From an uncultured Candidatus Rokubacteria bacterium (GTDB lineage: Bacteria; Methylomirabilota; Methylomirabilia; Rokubacteriales; CSP1-6), in assembly GCA_963771355.1 (NCBI GenBank), contig CAVYTA010000005.1, forward strand, positions 736,001-800,000: a DNA stretch of 64,000 nt. The letters are read 5' to 3'. The position numbers and the translations under genes were made by a program. Under the pieces are notes generated by a model. The model was not told the DNA's origin. It saw nothing but the letters and a program-made list of their open reading frames with translations, and did not search any database. Positions within the stretch are counted from its first letter, which is position 1; every line of letters starts with the position of its first letter. This document shows, piece by piece, positions 9,651-17,321 of the stretch.

Positions 9651-10774
9651 CGCACGATCTCCTCGTACGCCAGCGTGATCAGGTCGTGGTACTCCTTGAT
9701 CGGCATCTGCCGGGAGTACCGGGCCAGATCGGATGCGCTCACGCCCTTGAAGAGGAGCTCCTTCGCCTTGGGGCTGATGAGGGGCAGCACGCGGTCGGCG
9801 TCGACGCCCGGATACCAGCCGAAGCGCTCGACGATGGCCTTGGCCTGGACCTCGGGCGTGGCGACGTAGTCGATGTAGCGCACCGCCGCCTCGCGGTTGG
9901 CCGCCTCCCGGGGCACCACCAGGTAGAGCGGGTAGATCGGCAGCCCCGGCGCGATCAGCGAGGGCGTGATCGACGGGTCCATCCGGCCTTCGTTCTTCCA
10001 GGCGACCAGCTGGTCGATCCAGACCGCGCCCATCCAGATCTCGCCGCGATTGAGCGCATCGAGGGTGCCGGCGTTGCCGTTCGTGATGAACGCATCGCGG
10101 TTGAAGTCGCGGAGGGCGGTCACGGCTCCGCGGATCGCCCCTTCCCGGGCCTTGTCGAAGGGGCCCTGCGTGAGCTGCGTGTAGAGCCCGGTCTTCCAGT
10201 ACACCCAGCCCATGGTGAAGCCGACGCCCGACACGCCGCCCTTGATCCCGTTGTAGCCGAATTTGCCGGGGTTGGCCTTGGCCCAGGCGGCGAGATCGTC
10301 GAAAGACTTCGGCGGCGCGGGGACCTTGGCCGGGTTGTAAGCGATGGCGATCTGGTTCTGGAACATCGGCACCACGTAGCCGTCGACCTTGACGCCGAAC
10401 GCCTCCTTGACCTCGGCGCCCTTCACCAGGGCCGCGTGCTTCATCTGCGGCACGTAGGCGTGGAGCAGCCCTTCCTTCACCATCTGCGAGGCCACCGCCA
10501 TGCTCACGAGGGCGACGTCGATGTCCCAGTCCTTGCGGCCGGTGTCGGCCTGCGCCTTGATCTTCGTGTAGATGGCGCGGCTCGCCGGCTCGCCCGTGCC
10601 CGTGCCCACCACGTTCAGATCGACGTCGGGCGCCTGGGCCTTGAACCCGGGACCGAGCAGCGTCTTGTGCACCTCGACCACGTTCACGTCGGCGCCGATC
10701 GCCACGTTGAGCCGGGTGGCGGCGGACGCCGGCAGCGCCAGGACGAGCAGCAGGGTCAAGAGTCTGACGAGCAT
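9647..10774 (-). CDS. ABC extracellular solute-binding protein (PotD/thiamine-like fold)
   Basis: Signal peptide, IAYNPAKVPAPPKSF motif, lies in an ABC operon. Confidence 0.85.
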   Translation of the reverse strand: MLVRLLTLLLVLALPASAATRLNVAIGADVNVVEVHKTLLGPGFKAQAPDVDLNVVGTGTGEPASRAIYTKIKAQADTGRKDWDIDVALVSMAVASQMVKEGLLHAYVPQMKHAALVKGAEVKEAFGVKVDGYVVPMFQNQIAIAYNPAKVPAPPKSFDDLAAWAKANPGKFGYNGIKGGVSGVGFTMGWVYWKTGLYTQLTQGPFDKAREGAIRGAVTALRDFNRDAFITNGNAGTLDALNRGEIWMGAVWIDQLVAWKNEGRMDPSITPSLIAPGLPIYPLYLVVPREAANREAAVRYIDYVATPEVQAKAIVERFGWYPGVDADRVLPLISPKAKELLFKGVSASDLARYSRQMPIKEYHDLITLAYEEIVR

Positions 10775-10824
10775 CGCGGATGTCTCCTTGTGCGCGGGCC
10801 GCCATGGGTCCGGCGGCTCCGCGT

Positions 10825-11871
10825 TCAGCGTTCGGTGTCCTCGTACACACGCAGGCGGTCCGGCGCGACCCGGACCGTCACCGGGCCTTCCCCGACCGGC
10901 TCGGGGCTGTCGGCCATGAGCAGGGCGTCGCCCACCCGCACGTAGTGGCGATAGAAGGCGCCGAGAAACAGCCGTTCCTCGACGTGCCCGGCCAGCGCGC
11001 TCCCATCACCTCCGGCCGCGCTTCTCGGCTCGAGCGTCACATCGGACGAGCGCACCACGACCACGACGGCGCCGCGCGCCCGCCCGTCGTACCGCAGGCA
11101 GTGGCCGGCCACGTGGAGCGAGCCGGCCTCCACCCGCCCCTCGAACCGGGTGCCCACGCCCAGGAAGTCGGCGGCGAACACGCTCGCCGGGCGGCGGTAG
11201 ACGTCCTCCGGCGCGCCCACCTGCACGACCCGGCCGGCGTGCAGGAGCACGACCCGATCGGCAATGGCGAGCGCCTCCTCCTGGTCGTGGGTGACGTAGA
11301 TGGTGGTGATGCCCACGCGCCGCTGCAGGCGGCGCACCTCGACCCTCAGGCGCTGGCGCACCTTGGCGTCCAGGTTCGACAGCGGCTCGTCGAGGAGGAG
11401 CACCCGCGGCTCCACCACCAGCGCGCGCGCGAGCGCCACTCGCTGCTGCTGGCCGCCCGACAGCGCGCCCGGCTTGCGGCGGGCGACCGCCTCGACGTCG
11501 CCGATCTCGACGAGCGCGAGCGCGTCGAGCGCGCGGCGCCGGATTTCAGCGGCGGCGACGCGCCGGAGCCGCAGGCCGTAGGCGACATTGTCGAACACGG
11601 TCATGTGGGGCCAGAGCGCATAGCTCTGGAACACCATCGCCGTCCCGCGCCCCTGCGGCGACGTCCCCGTCACGTCCTCGCCGGCGAATCGGATGGCGCC
11701 CGCGTCCACCGAGACGAACCCGGCGATGGACCGCAACAGGGTGGTCTTGCCGCAGCCCGAGGGACCGAGGATCGCCGACAGGCGTCCGGCCTCGAACTCG
11801 AGCGTCACGTCGCGAAGGGCCTCGACCTGGCCGTAGCGCTTGCGGACGCCCTCCACGGTCACGGGGATCAT
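10825..11871 (-). CDS. ABC transporter ATP-binding protein
   Basis: GPSGCGKT, LSGGQQQR and LLLDEP motifs. Confidence 0.92.
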   Translation of the reverse strand: MIPVTVEGVRKRYGQVEALRDVTLEFEAGRLSAILGPSGCGKTTLLRSIAGFVSVDAGAIRFAGEDVTGTSPQGRGTAMVFQSYALWPHMTVFDNVAYGLRLRRVAAAEIRRRALDALALVEIGDVEAVARRKPGALSGGQQQRVALARALVVEPRVLLLDEPLSNLDAKVRQRLRVEVRRLQRRVGITTIYVTHDQEEALAIADRVVLLHAGRVVQVGAPEDVYRRPASVFAADFLGVGTRFEGRVEAGSLHVAGHCLRYDGRARGAVVVVVRSSDVTLEPRSAAGGDGSALAGHVEERLFLGAFYRHYVRVGDALLMADSPEPVGEGPVTVRVAPDRLRVYEDTER

Positions 11872-11919
11872 CGGCGAGAGTCTAGCGCGTCGCGGCGAGC
11901 TCCGCGCGTGACGGCACGA

Positions 11920-12447
11920 CTACGAGAGCCACGTGCGAGCCCGCGCGCCGACCCGGCCGCGGGTCCGCCCGGCGGCGGCCAGCGCGCGGGCCACGGCGTC
12001 CTCGGGGGACCGTGCCACGACGATGGGCACCCGGCGGCCGTCCGGCTGCCGCAGCCGCCAGGTCCGGAGGCCGATCACCGGGATGCCGAACTTGAGGGCC
12101 AGCGCGATCTCCGAGAGGGTGCCGTACATCCCGCCCACCGCGATCACCGCGTCGCAGGAGCGGACCAGGATCACGTTGCGCGCCTGGTCCATGCCGGTGA
12201 CCACCGGGATCTGCACCCAGCGGTTGGCCCCGCCGCGGTCGAACCCGGGAAGAACACCGACGACGGTCCCGCCCGCCTGGGCCGCGCCGCGCGAGGCGGC
12301 TTCCATGACCCCGCCGCGACCGCCGGTGAAGAGCACCGCGCCCGCGGTGGCGATGGCTCGCCCGATGCGCTCGGCGGCGGCGGCGGTTCGCCTCGAGCAG
12401 GCGCCTTCGCCGATGACGGCGACCTGGCGGATCACGGCGGAAGACAT
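11920..12447 (-). CDS. TIGR00725/LOG (SLOG superfamily) protein
   Basis: TGGRGGVMEAASRGA, ARNVILV and GGMYGTLSEIALA motifs. The true start may be the GTG at 12435. Confidence 0.85.
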   Translation of the reverse strand: MSSAVIRQVAVIGEGACSRRTAAAAERIGRAIATAGAVLFTGGRGGVMEAASRGAAQAGGTVVGVLPGFDRGGANRWVQIPVVTGMDQARNVILVRSCDAVIAVGGMYGTLSEIALALKFGIPVIGLRTWRLRQPDGRRVPIVVARSPEDAVARALAAAGRTRGRVGARARTWLS

Positions 12448-12535
12448 AGCGCCGCGCCCTCCGGCGTGTCAAGGCGGGTCTGAACTACCACCACATCTGG
12501 GGTGGGACGGAGACTCGGGCTACCGCATCTTGAGA

Positions 12536-12573
12536 TTGCCAGCACTCAACACTTGATGTGTAATCAGATTCAC
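12536..12573 (+). promoter_or_regulatory. Sigma70-type promoter of imuA with overlapping near-palindrome (candidate operator)
   Basis: TTGCCA-N17-TGTAAT. GTGTAATCAGATTCAC (12558-12573) overlaps the -10 and start region in an AT-rich stretch. Confidence 0.55.
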
Positions 12574-12597
12574 TCAGCGCGCCCAGGTATCTATTCA

Positions 12598-13245
12598 ATG
12601 GCCATAGCGAAAGAGTCCTTGCCCCCGCCAGGGTGGGGTCTCGAGAGCATCGCCTCCATGCTGGAGGCGTTTCCCCGAGGCCAGCTCAGCGAGATCATCG
12701 GCCCGCGGTCCGCGGGAGGCAGCAGTCTCCTCACCGCGCTCCTGGCCCGGGCGACCGCCGCCGGCGACCTCGTCGCCCTCGTCGACGGCGCCGACGCCTT
12801 CGACCCCGCGGGAGCGGCCGCCGCCGGCGCCGAGCTGCGCTCGCTGTGCTGGGTGCGCGGGGGCGGCCGGCTCGATGCCGCCTGCCGGGCGGCGGAGCTA
12901 CTCGCGCGCTGCGAGGGCTTCGCGTGGGTGGCCCTCGATCTCGCCGCGGACCTGACCGGTCCCGCCCGGATGCCGCCGACGTTCGCGCCGGCCACCTGGA
13001 TACGGCTGCAGCGTGCGGTGCGCGACACGCCCACCCGGCTCATCGTCCATGCCTCGCGGCATCTCGCGGGGAGCGCGGCCGCGCTCGTGCTGGGGGTGGA
13101 GCGGGGGCCGGCGCGCTGGATGGGCTCGCCCCGCCCCCGTCGGCTCGACGGCCTGGGCTCGCGCGTGCGCGTGCTGCGCGCCCGCCCACCGGCTCCCATC
13201 GTGGGAGGGAGCGGGAAGGAATGGGTGATCGCGTGGCGGCTCTGA
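12598..13245 (+). CDS. imuA: ImuA / RecA-like mutagenesis accessory protein
   Basis: FPRGQLSEIIG, degenerate P-loop GPRSAGGSS, ALVDGADAFDP, WIRLQRA. Directly upstream of imuB. Confidence 0.8.
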   Translation: MAIAKESLPPPGWGLESIASMLEAFPRGQLSEIIGPRSAGGSSLLTALLARATAAGDLVALVDGADAFDPAGAAAAGAELRSLCWVRGGGRLDAACRAAELLARCEGFAWVALDLAADLTGPARMPPTFAPATWIRLQRAVRDTPTRLIVHASRHLAGSAAALVLGVERGPARWMGSPRPRRLDGLGSRVRVLRARPPAPIVGGSGKEWVIAWRL

Positions 13246-14750
13246 GGCGGCTCGGCTGTCTCCTCGTGCCCGGCTTCGCCGCCGCGGCGGCGGTGCGGGC
13301 CGAGCCCGCGCTCGCCGGACAGCCGCTGGTCATACTCGACGAGGCGCGTCCCGGGCGGCTGGTGCGCGAGACCAGCGCGGCGGCGCGCGCCCTGGGCATT
13401 GTCCCCGGCATGACGGAGGCGGCGGCGCTGGCGCGGCCGGCCCGCGTGATCTGCCGCGAGCGCGTGGCCGCCCACGAGGCCGCGGCGCAGGCGGCGCTGC
13501 TGGAGGTGGCGCTCGCGCATTCGCCCCGCGTGGAGGAAGGCGGTCCCGGCGAGGTCTATCTCGACACGGCCGGTCTCGGCGCGCTGTTCGGCGACGAGGC
13601 GGCGCTGGCGCGGCGGCTCGCGGCGGCGACGGCCGCGGCGGCCCTGCCCGCGCGGGTGGGCATCGCGGGCAGCCGCGTCGCCGCGCATCTCGCCGCGCGC
13701 TGGGGCGCGGGCGCGGAGTGCGTCCCGCCCGAGGGCGACGCCGCCTATCTCGCTCCCGCGCCGCTGGGGCTGCTGGGTCTGCCCGTGGAGCTGGCGCGAC
13801 GGCTGGAGCGCTGGGGGCTCCGCACCCTCGGCGAGCTCGCGGCCCTGCCCGCGCGCGAGCTCTTCGAACGGCTCGGCGCCGACGGGCCGCGGCTCCAGGC
13901 GCTCGCGCGCGGCGAAGACCCGCGCCCGCTCTTGCCCTGGCGGCCTCCACGCTCCTTCGAGGAGACGCGAGAGCTGGACTGGGCGGCGGACAATCTCGAG
14001 CCGCTCTTCGCCCTCTTCGCCGAGCTGGCCGACCGTGTCTGCGTGCGGCTCGAGGAAGAGGCGCTGGCCGCCGACCTCTTCGAGTGGTCATGCCATGTGG
14101 CGGCCGGGCGTGGGCCGGGGCGCGAGGTGCACGGCTCCTTCGTCCCGCCCGTGCCCACGCGTGAAGCGGGCGCGGTGATGGCCGTGCTCCGCGCCACCCT
14201 CGCGGCCACCCCGCCCACCGGCGCGGTGACGGCGCTCATGCTCCGCGCCCAGCCGGTGCGTGTGCTCGCGGCGCAGGAGCCGCTGGCGGGCGAGCCGCGG
14301 CCGAGCCCGCGCGCGCTGGCCGAGACCATCGCGCGGGTCATCGGGGTGGTGGGCGCCGGCAATCTCGGCGTGCCCGTGCTCCTCGACACGCATCGCCCCG
14401 ACGCGATCCGCCTCGAGCCCCTCAATGTCCTCGCCCAGGCCCTCGCCCATGTGCCTTCTCCGCCCGGAGGAGGAAACGGGCCGGGGGAGGGCGGAGTCCT
14501 CGCCCTCCGCCGGCTCCGCCCGCCGCGGCCGGCGCAGGTGCGTCTCGTGGGCGGCCGGCCGGTGCATCTTCGCTCCGGTGGGCTCGCGGGCGCCATCGTG
14601 GCCAGCGCGGGGCCGTGGCGCGTATCGGGCGAGTGGTGGCGGGAGAGCCGCTGGGGCGCGGATGAATGGGACGTGGAGCTCACCGACGGCACGCTCGGCC
14701 GCCTGGCCCATGACGGCTCCGCCTGGGTGCTCGAAGGCGTGTACGACTAG
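13233..14750 (+). CDS. imuB: ImuB, Y-family polymerase-like protein (catalytically inactive type)
   Basis: ARALGIVPGM, SPRVE...VYLD, RWGLRTLGELAALP, C-terminal GPWRVSGEWW...EGVYD. Confidence 0.85.
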   Translation: MAALRRLGCLLVPGFAAAAAVRAEPALAGQPLVILDEARPGRLVRETSAAARALGIVPGMTEAAALARPARVICRERVAAHEAAAQAALLEVALAHSPRVEEGGPGEVYLDTAGLGALFGDEAALARRLAAATAAAALPARVGIAGSRVAAHLAARWGAGAECVPPEGDAAYLAPAPLGLLGLPVELARRLERWGLRTLGELAALPARELFERLGADGPRLQALARGEDPRPLLPWRPPRSFEETRELDWAADNLEPLFALFAELADRVCVRLEEEALAADLFEWSCHVAAGRGPGREVHGSFVPPVPTREAGAVMAVLRATLAATPPTGAVTALMLRAQPVRVLAAQEPLAGEPRPSPRALAETIARVIGVVGAGNLGVPVLLDTHRPDAIRLEPLNVLAQALAHVPSPPGGGNGPGEGGVLALRRLRPPRPAQVRLVGGRPVHLRSGGLAGAIVASAGPWRVSGEWWRESRWGADEWDVELTDGTLGRLAHDGSAWVLEGVYD

Positions 14751-14760
14751 AGGCGTGAAC

Positions 14761-15912
14761 ATGGACATCCGGCCCTTCCAGGTGAATATCCCCCAGCCCG
14801 CGCTCGACGACCTGCGGGCCCGTCTCGCCCGCACCCGCTGGCCGGACGAGGTTCTCGCCGCGGGCTGGGACTACGGCGCGAACCTCGCCTACATGCGGGA
14901 GCTCGTGACGTACTGGGGCAGCGGCTTCGACTGGCGGCGGGAGGAGCGGGCAATGAACGCGCTGCCGCACTTCCGAGCCGACGTGGAGGGGGTGGGCATT
15001 CACTTCATCCACTTGCGGGGCCGGGGGCCGGCCCCGATGCCGCTTCTCATCACGCATGGCTGGCCGAGCTCCTTCGTCGAGATGCTCGCACTGATCCCCC
15101 TTCTCGCCGATCCCGGCGCTCACGGGGGCGATCCCGCCGATGCCTTCGACGTGGTGGTGCCGTCTGTGCCCGGCTTCGGATTCTCGGACCGGCCGGGGCG
15201 GGGCATGACGCGGAGCCGCGTGGCGGGACTCTGGGCGCGGCTCATGGACGGCCTGGGCTATGCGCGCTACGTCGCGCACGGCAACGATATCGGCGCGGTG
15301 ATCTCGGGCTGGCTGGCCCACGACGCGCCCGAGCGGCTGATCGCGCTGCACACCTTGATGCCGACCTTCCCGTCGCCGGTGATCGGCGCGGACGTCCAGC
15401 CCCTCACCGAGGCAGAGCGCGCCTTCGCCGCGCTCCAGGCGCGCTGGATGCAGGACGAGGGCGGCTACAACCTGATCCAGGAAACCCGGCCGCAAACCCT
15501 GGCCTATGGCCTCCACGATTCCCCCGCCGGGCTGGCCGCGTGGATCGTGGAGAAGTGGCGCGGGTGGACCGATCCCGCCGGGGAGGTGGAGCGCTACTTC
15601 TCGAGAGATCTTCTCCTCGCCAATATCACGCTCTACTGGCTCACCGAGACCGTCAATGCCGCGAACCGCTCGTACTACGAGCGGGCGCGCGAGCCGCGCT
15701 CGATCACGACACGCATCGCCGTCCCCACCGGAGTGGCCCTCACCACGGAGGACATCCAGCGCCCGCCACGGGAGCGCGCCGAGCGGAGCTACGCCGACAT
15801 CCGCCGCTGGGTGGAATTCCCGCGCGGCGGCCACTTCATCGCCGCCGAGGAGCCGGCGCTCCTGGCCGCGGAGCTGCGGGAATTCTTCCGGCCGTTCCGG
15901 ACCGTGCGCTAG
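14761..15912 (+). CDS. Epoxide hydrolase (microsomal EH-type alpha/beta hydrolase)
   Basis: EHN domain (DDLRARLARTRWP), HGWPSS, GNDIGA nucleophile, GGHFIAAEEP. Confidence 0.92.
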   Translation: MDIRPFQVNIPQPALDDLRARLARTRWPDEVLAAGWDYGANLAYMRELVTYWGSGFDWRREERAMNALPHFRADVEGVGIHFIHLRGRGPAPMPLLITHGWPSSFVEMLALIPLLADPGAHGGDPADAFDVVVPSVPGFGFSDRPGRGMTRSRVAGLWARLMDGLGYARYVAHGNDIGAVISGWLAHDAPERLIALHTLMPTFPSPVIGADVQPLTEAERAFAALQARWMQDEGGYNLIQETRPQTLAYGLHDSPAGLAAWIVEKWRGWTDPAGEVERYFSRDLLLANITLYWLTETVNAANRSYYERAREPRSITTRIAVPTGVALTTEDIQRPPRERAERSYADIRRWVEFPRGGHFIAAEEPALLAAELREFFRPFRTVR

Positions 15913-15914
15913 TC

Positions 15915-16820
15915 ATGGCCCGCCCCGCCATCACCGTCCTCGTCACCGACATGGACAATACCCTCTTCGACTGGCTCGAGATGTGGCGCACCGCCTTCGG
16001 CGCCATGCTCGATCGGCTCGTGATCGATAGCGGCCTCCCGCGCGAGACCCTGGAGGAAGAGCTGAGCGCGGTGCACCGGGAGCACGGCACCACGGAGTAC
16101 GCCTTCGCCATCCAGGCGCTGCCCTCGCTGCGCGCCCGCCATCCCGGGGAGGACCTGCCCACGCGCTACGCCGCCGCCATCAAGGCCTATCGCACCGCGC
16201 GCCGCGGAACGCTAAAGCTCTATCCCGGCGTCCTCGACACCCTGCGGGCGCTGCGGGCGGCAGGGACGCGGGTGGTGGCGTACACGGAGTCGCGCGCCTT
16301 CCACGCGAGCTACCGCGCCCGCGCGCTCGGTCTGGACGGTGTGCTCGACGCCCTCTATTCGCCCCCCGATCACGCGCTGCCCGACGGGCTCCGCCTCGAT
16401 GACATCCGCCGCTACCCCCCGGAGCACTACGGCTTCCGGCACACCGTGCACCGGCACACGCGGGAAGGCGCGTGGAAGCCCGACGCCGCGGTGCTGCTCG
16501 ACCTGCTGCGCGGCGACCTCGGGGCCGAGCCCGGCGAGGCGGTGTACGTGGGGGACAGCCTGGTCAAGGACGTGGCCATGGCGCAGGCGGCGGGAGTGGC
16601 CGACGTGTTCGCCCGCTACGGCGACGTCCGCGGCCGGCCCGGCTACGATCTGTTGCGACGGGTGTCCCACTGGACGCCCGCCATGCTCGCCGGCGCGGAG
16701 CGCCTCGCGGAAGCCGACGTGCGCCCCACCCATGTGCTGAAGTCCGGCTTCGCCGAGCTCCTCGACCTGATCGAGCCGCGCCGCTTCACCCCGCGCCGCG
16801 GTGACGGTCAGTCGGAATAG
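15915..16820 (+). CDS. HAD family hydrolase
   Basis: Motif I TDMDNTL, KPD, motif IV YVGDSLVKDV. Confidence 0.85.
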   Translation: MARPAITVLVTDMDNTLFDWLEMWRTAFGAMLDRLVIDSGLPRETLEEELSAVHREHGTTEYAFAIQALPSLRARHPGEDLPTRYAAAIKAYRTARRGTLKLYPGVLDTLRALRAAGTRVVAYTESRAFHASYRARALGLDGVLDALYSPPDHALPDGLRLDDIRRYPPEHYGFRHTVHRHTREGAWKPDAAVLLDLLRGDLGAEPGEAVYVGDSLVKDVAMAQAAGVADVFARYGDVRGRPGYDLLRRVSHWTPAMLAGAERLAEADVRPTHVLKSGFAELLDLIEPRRFTPRRGDGQSE

Positions 16821-17053
16821 AAGTGTGGGCGCAGATCTTCTTCGGGGACGAAGCGAGCCGCCTGGCGAAAGATCGCCCGGCACGTACCGGTGTCGAGCTC
16901 GGGATGGGAAGGGACAGTCAGCGTCTGTGTCGTTCCGTCGGTCAGGACACGACGGAGCTTGATGTGGCTTCCACGTTGTGAGTGAACGGTGAAACCGAAG
17001 CGACCGAGAATTACGACGATCTCCGCGCCAGAGAGGCGCCGGAGCCTAGGCAT
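16808..17053 (-). CDS. hicA: HicA family toxin
   Basis: GFTVHSQRGSHIKLRR...TVPSHPELDTGT, with the conserved GSH. Confidence 0.9.
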   Translation of the reverse strand: MPRLRRLSGAEIVVILGRFGFTVHSQRGSHIKLRRVLTDGTTQTLTVPSHPELDTGTCRAIFRQAARFVPEEDLRPHFYSD

Positions 17054-17279
17054 GCGTCGGCAGGAGCTCCATGGTGACGAGGACGGTCGGGTTCGGTACG
17101 AGACCGAGGGATGCGAGATCTTCGCCGTCGAGATGGAGAGCGACGGCTTCCCCGAGGTTCTTCGTTACCTGATCCAGCGTCTGTCCCTGGGTGACGACCG
17201 GGATCTCGAGGCATTCGGCCACGTACCCCGACTGCTCGCCCTGACGGATCACCGCCTTGATCGTGTGCTGGAGCATCAA
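17046..17279 (-). CDS. hicB: HicB family antitoxin (short form, no DNA-binding domain)
   Basis: GYVAECLEIPVVTQGQTLDQVTKNLGEAVALHL. Overlaps hicA. Confidence 0.88.
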   Translation of the reverse strand: MMLQHTIKAVIRQGEQSGYVAECLEIPVVTQGQTLDQVTKNLGEAVALHLDGEDLASLGLVPNPTVLVTMELLPTHA

Positions 17280-17321
17280 CGTCCCCCTTGTTGGACTCTA
17301 GTATAGCGTAGGGCGCGCGCC

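Noticed and set aside
12598..13245. True recA gene
   Set aside because: Too short, Walker A lacks GKT, and the position before imuB indicates ImuA.
16808..17279. Prophage or IS element around hicBA
   Set aside because: No integrase, transposase, terminal inverted repeats or target duplication visible.
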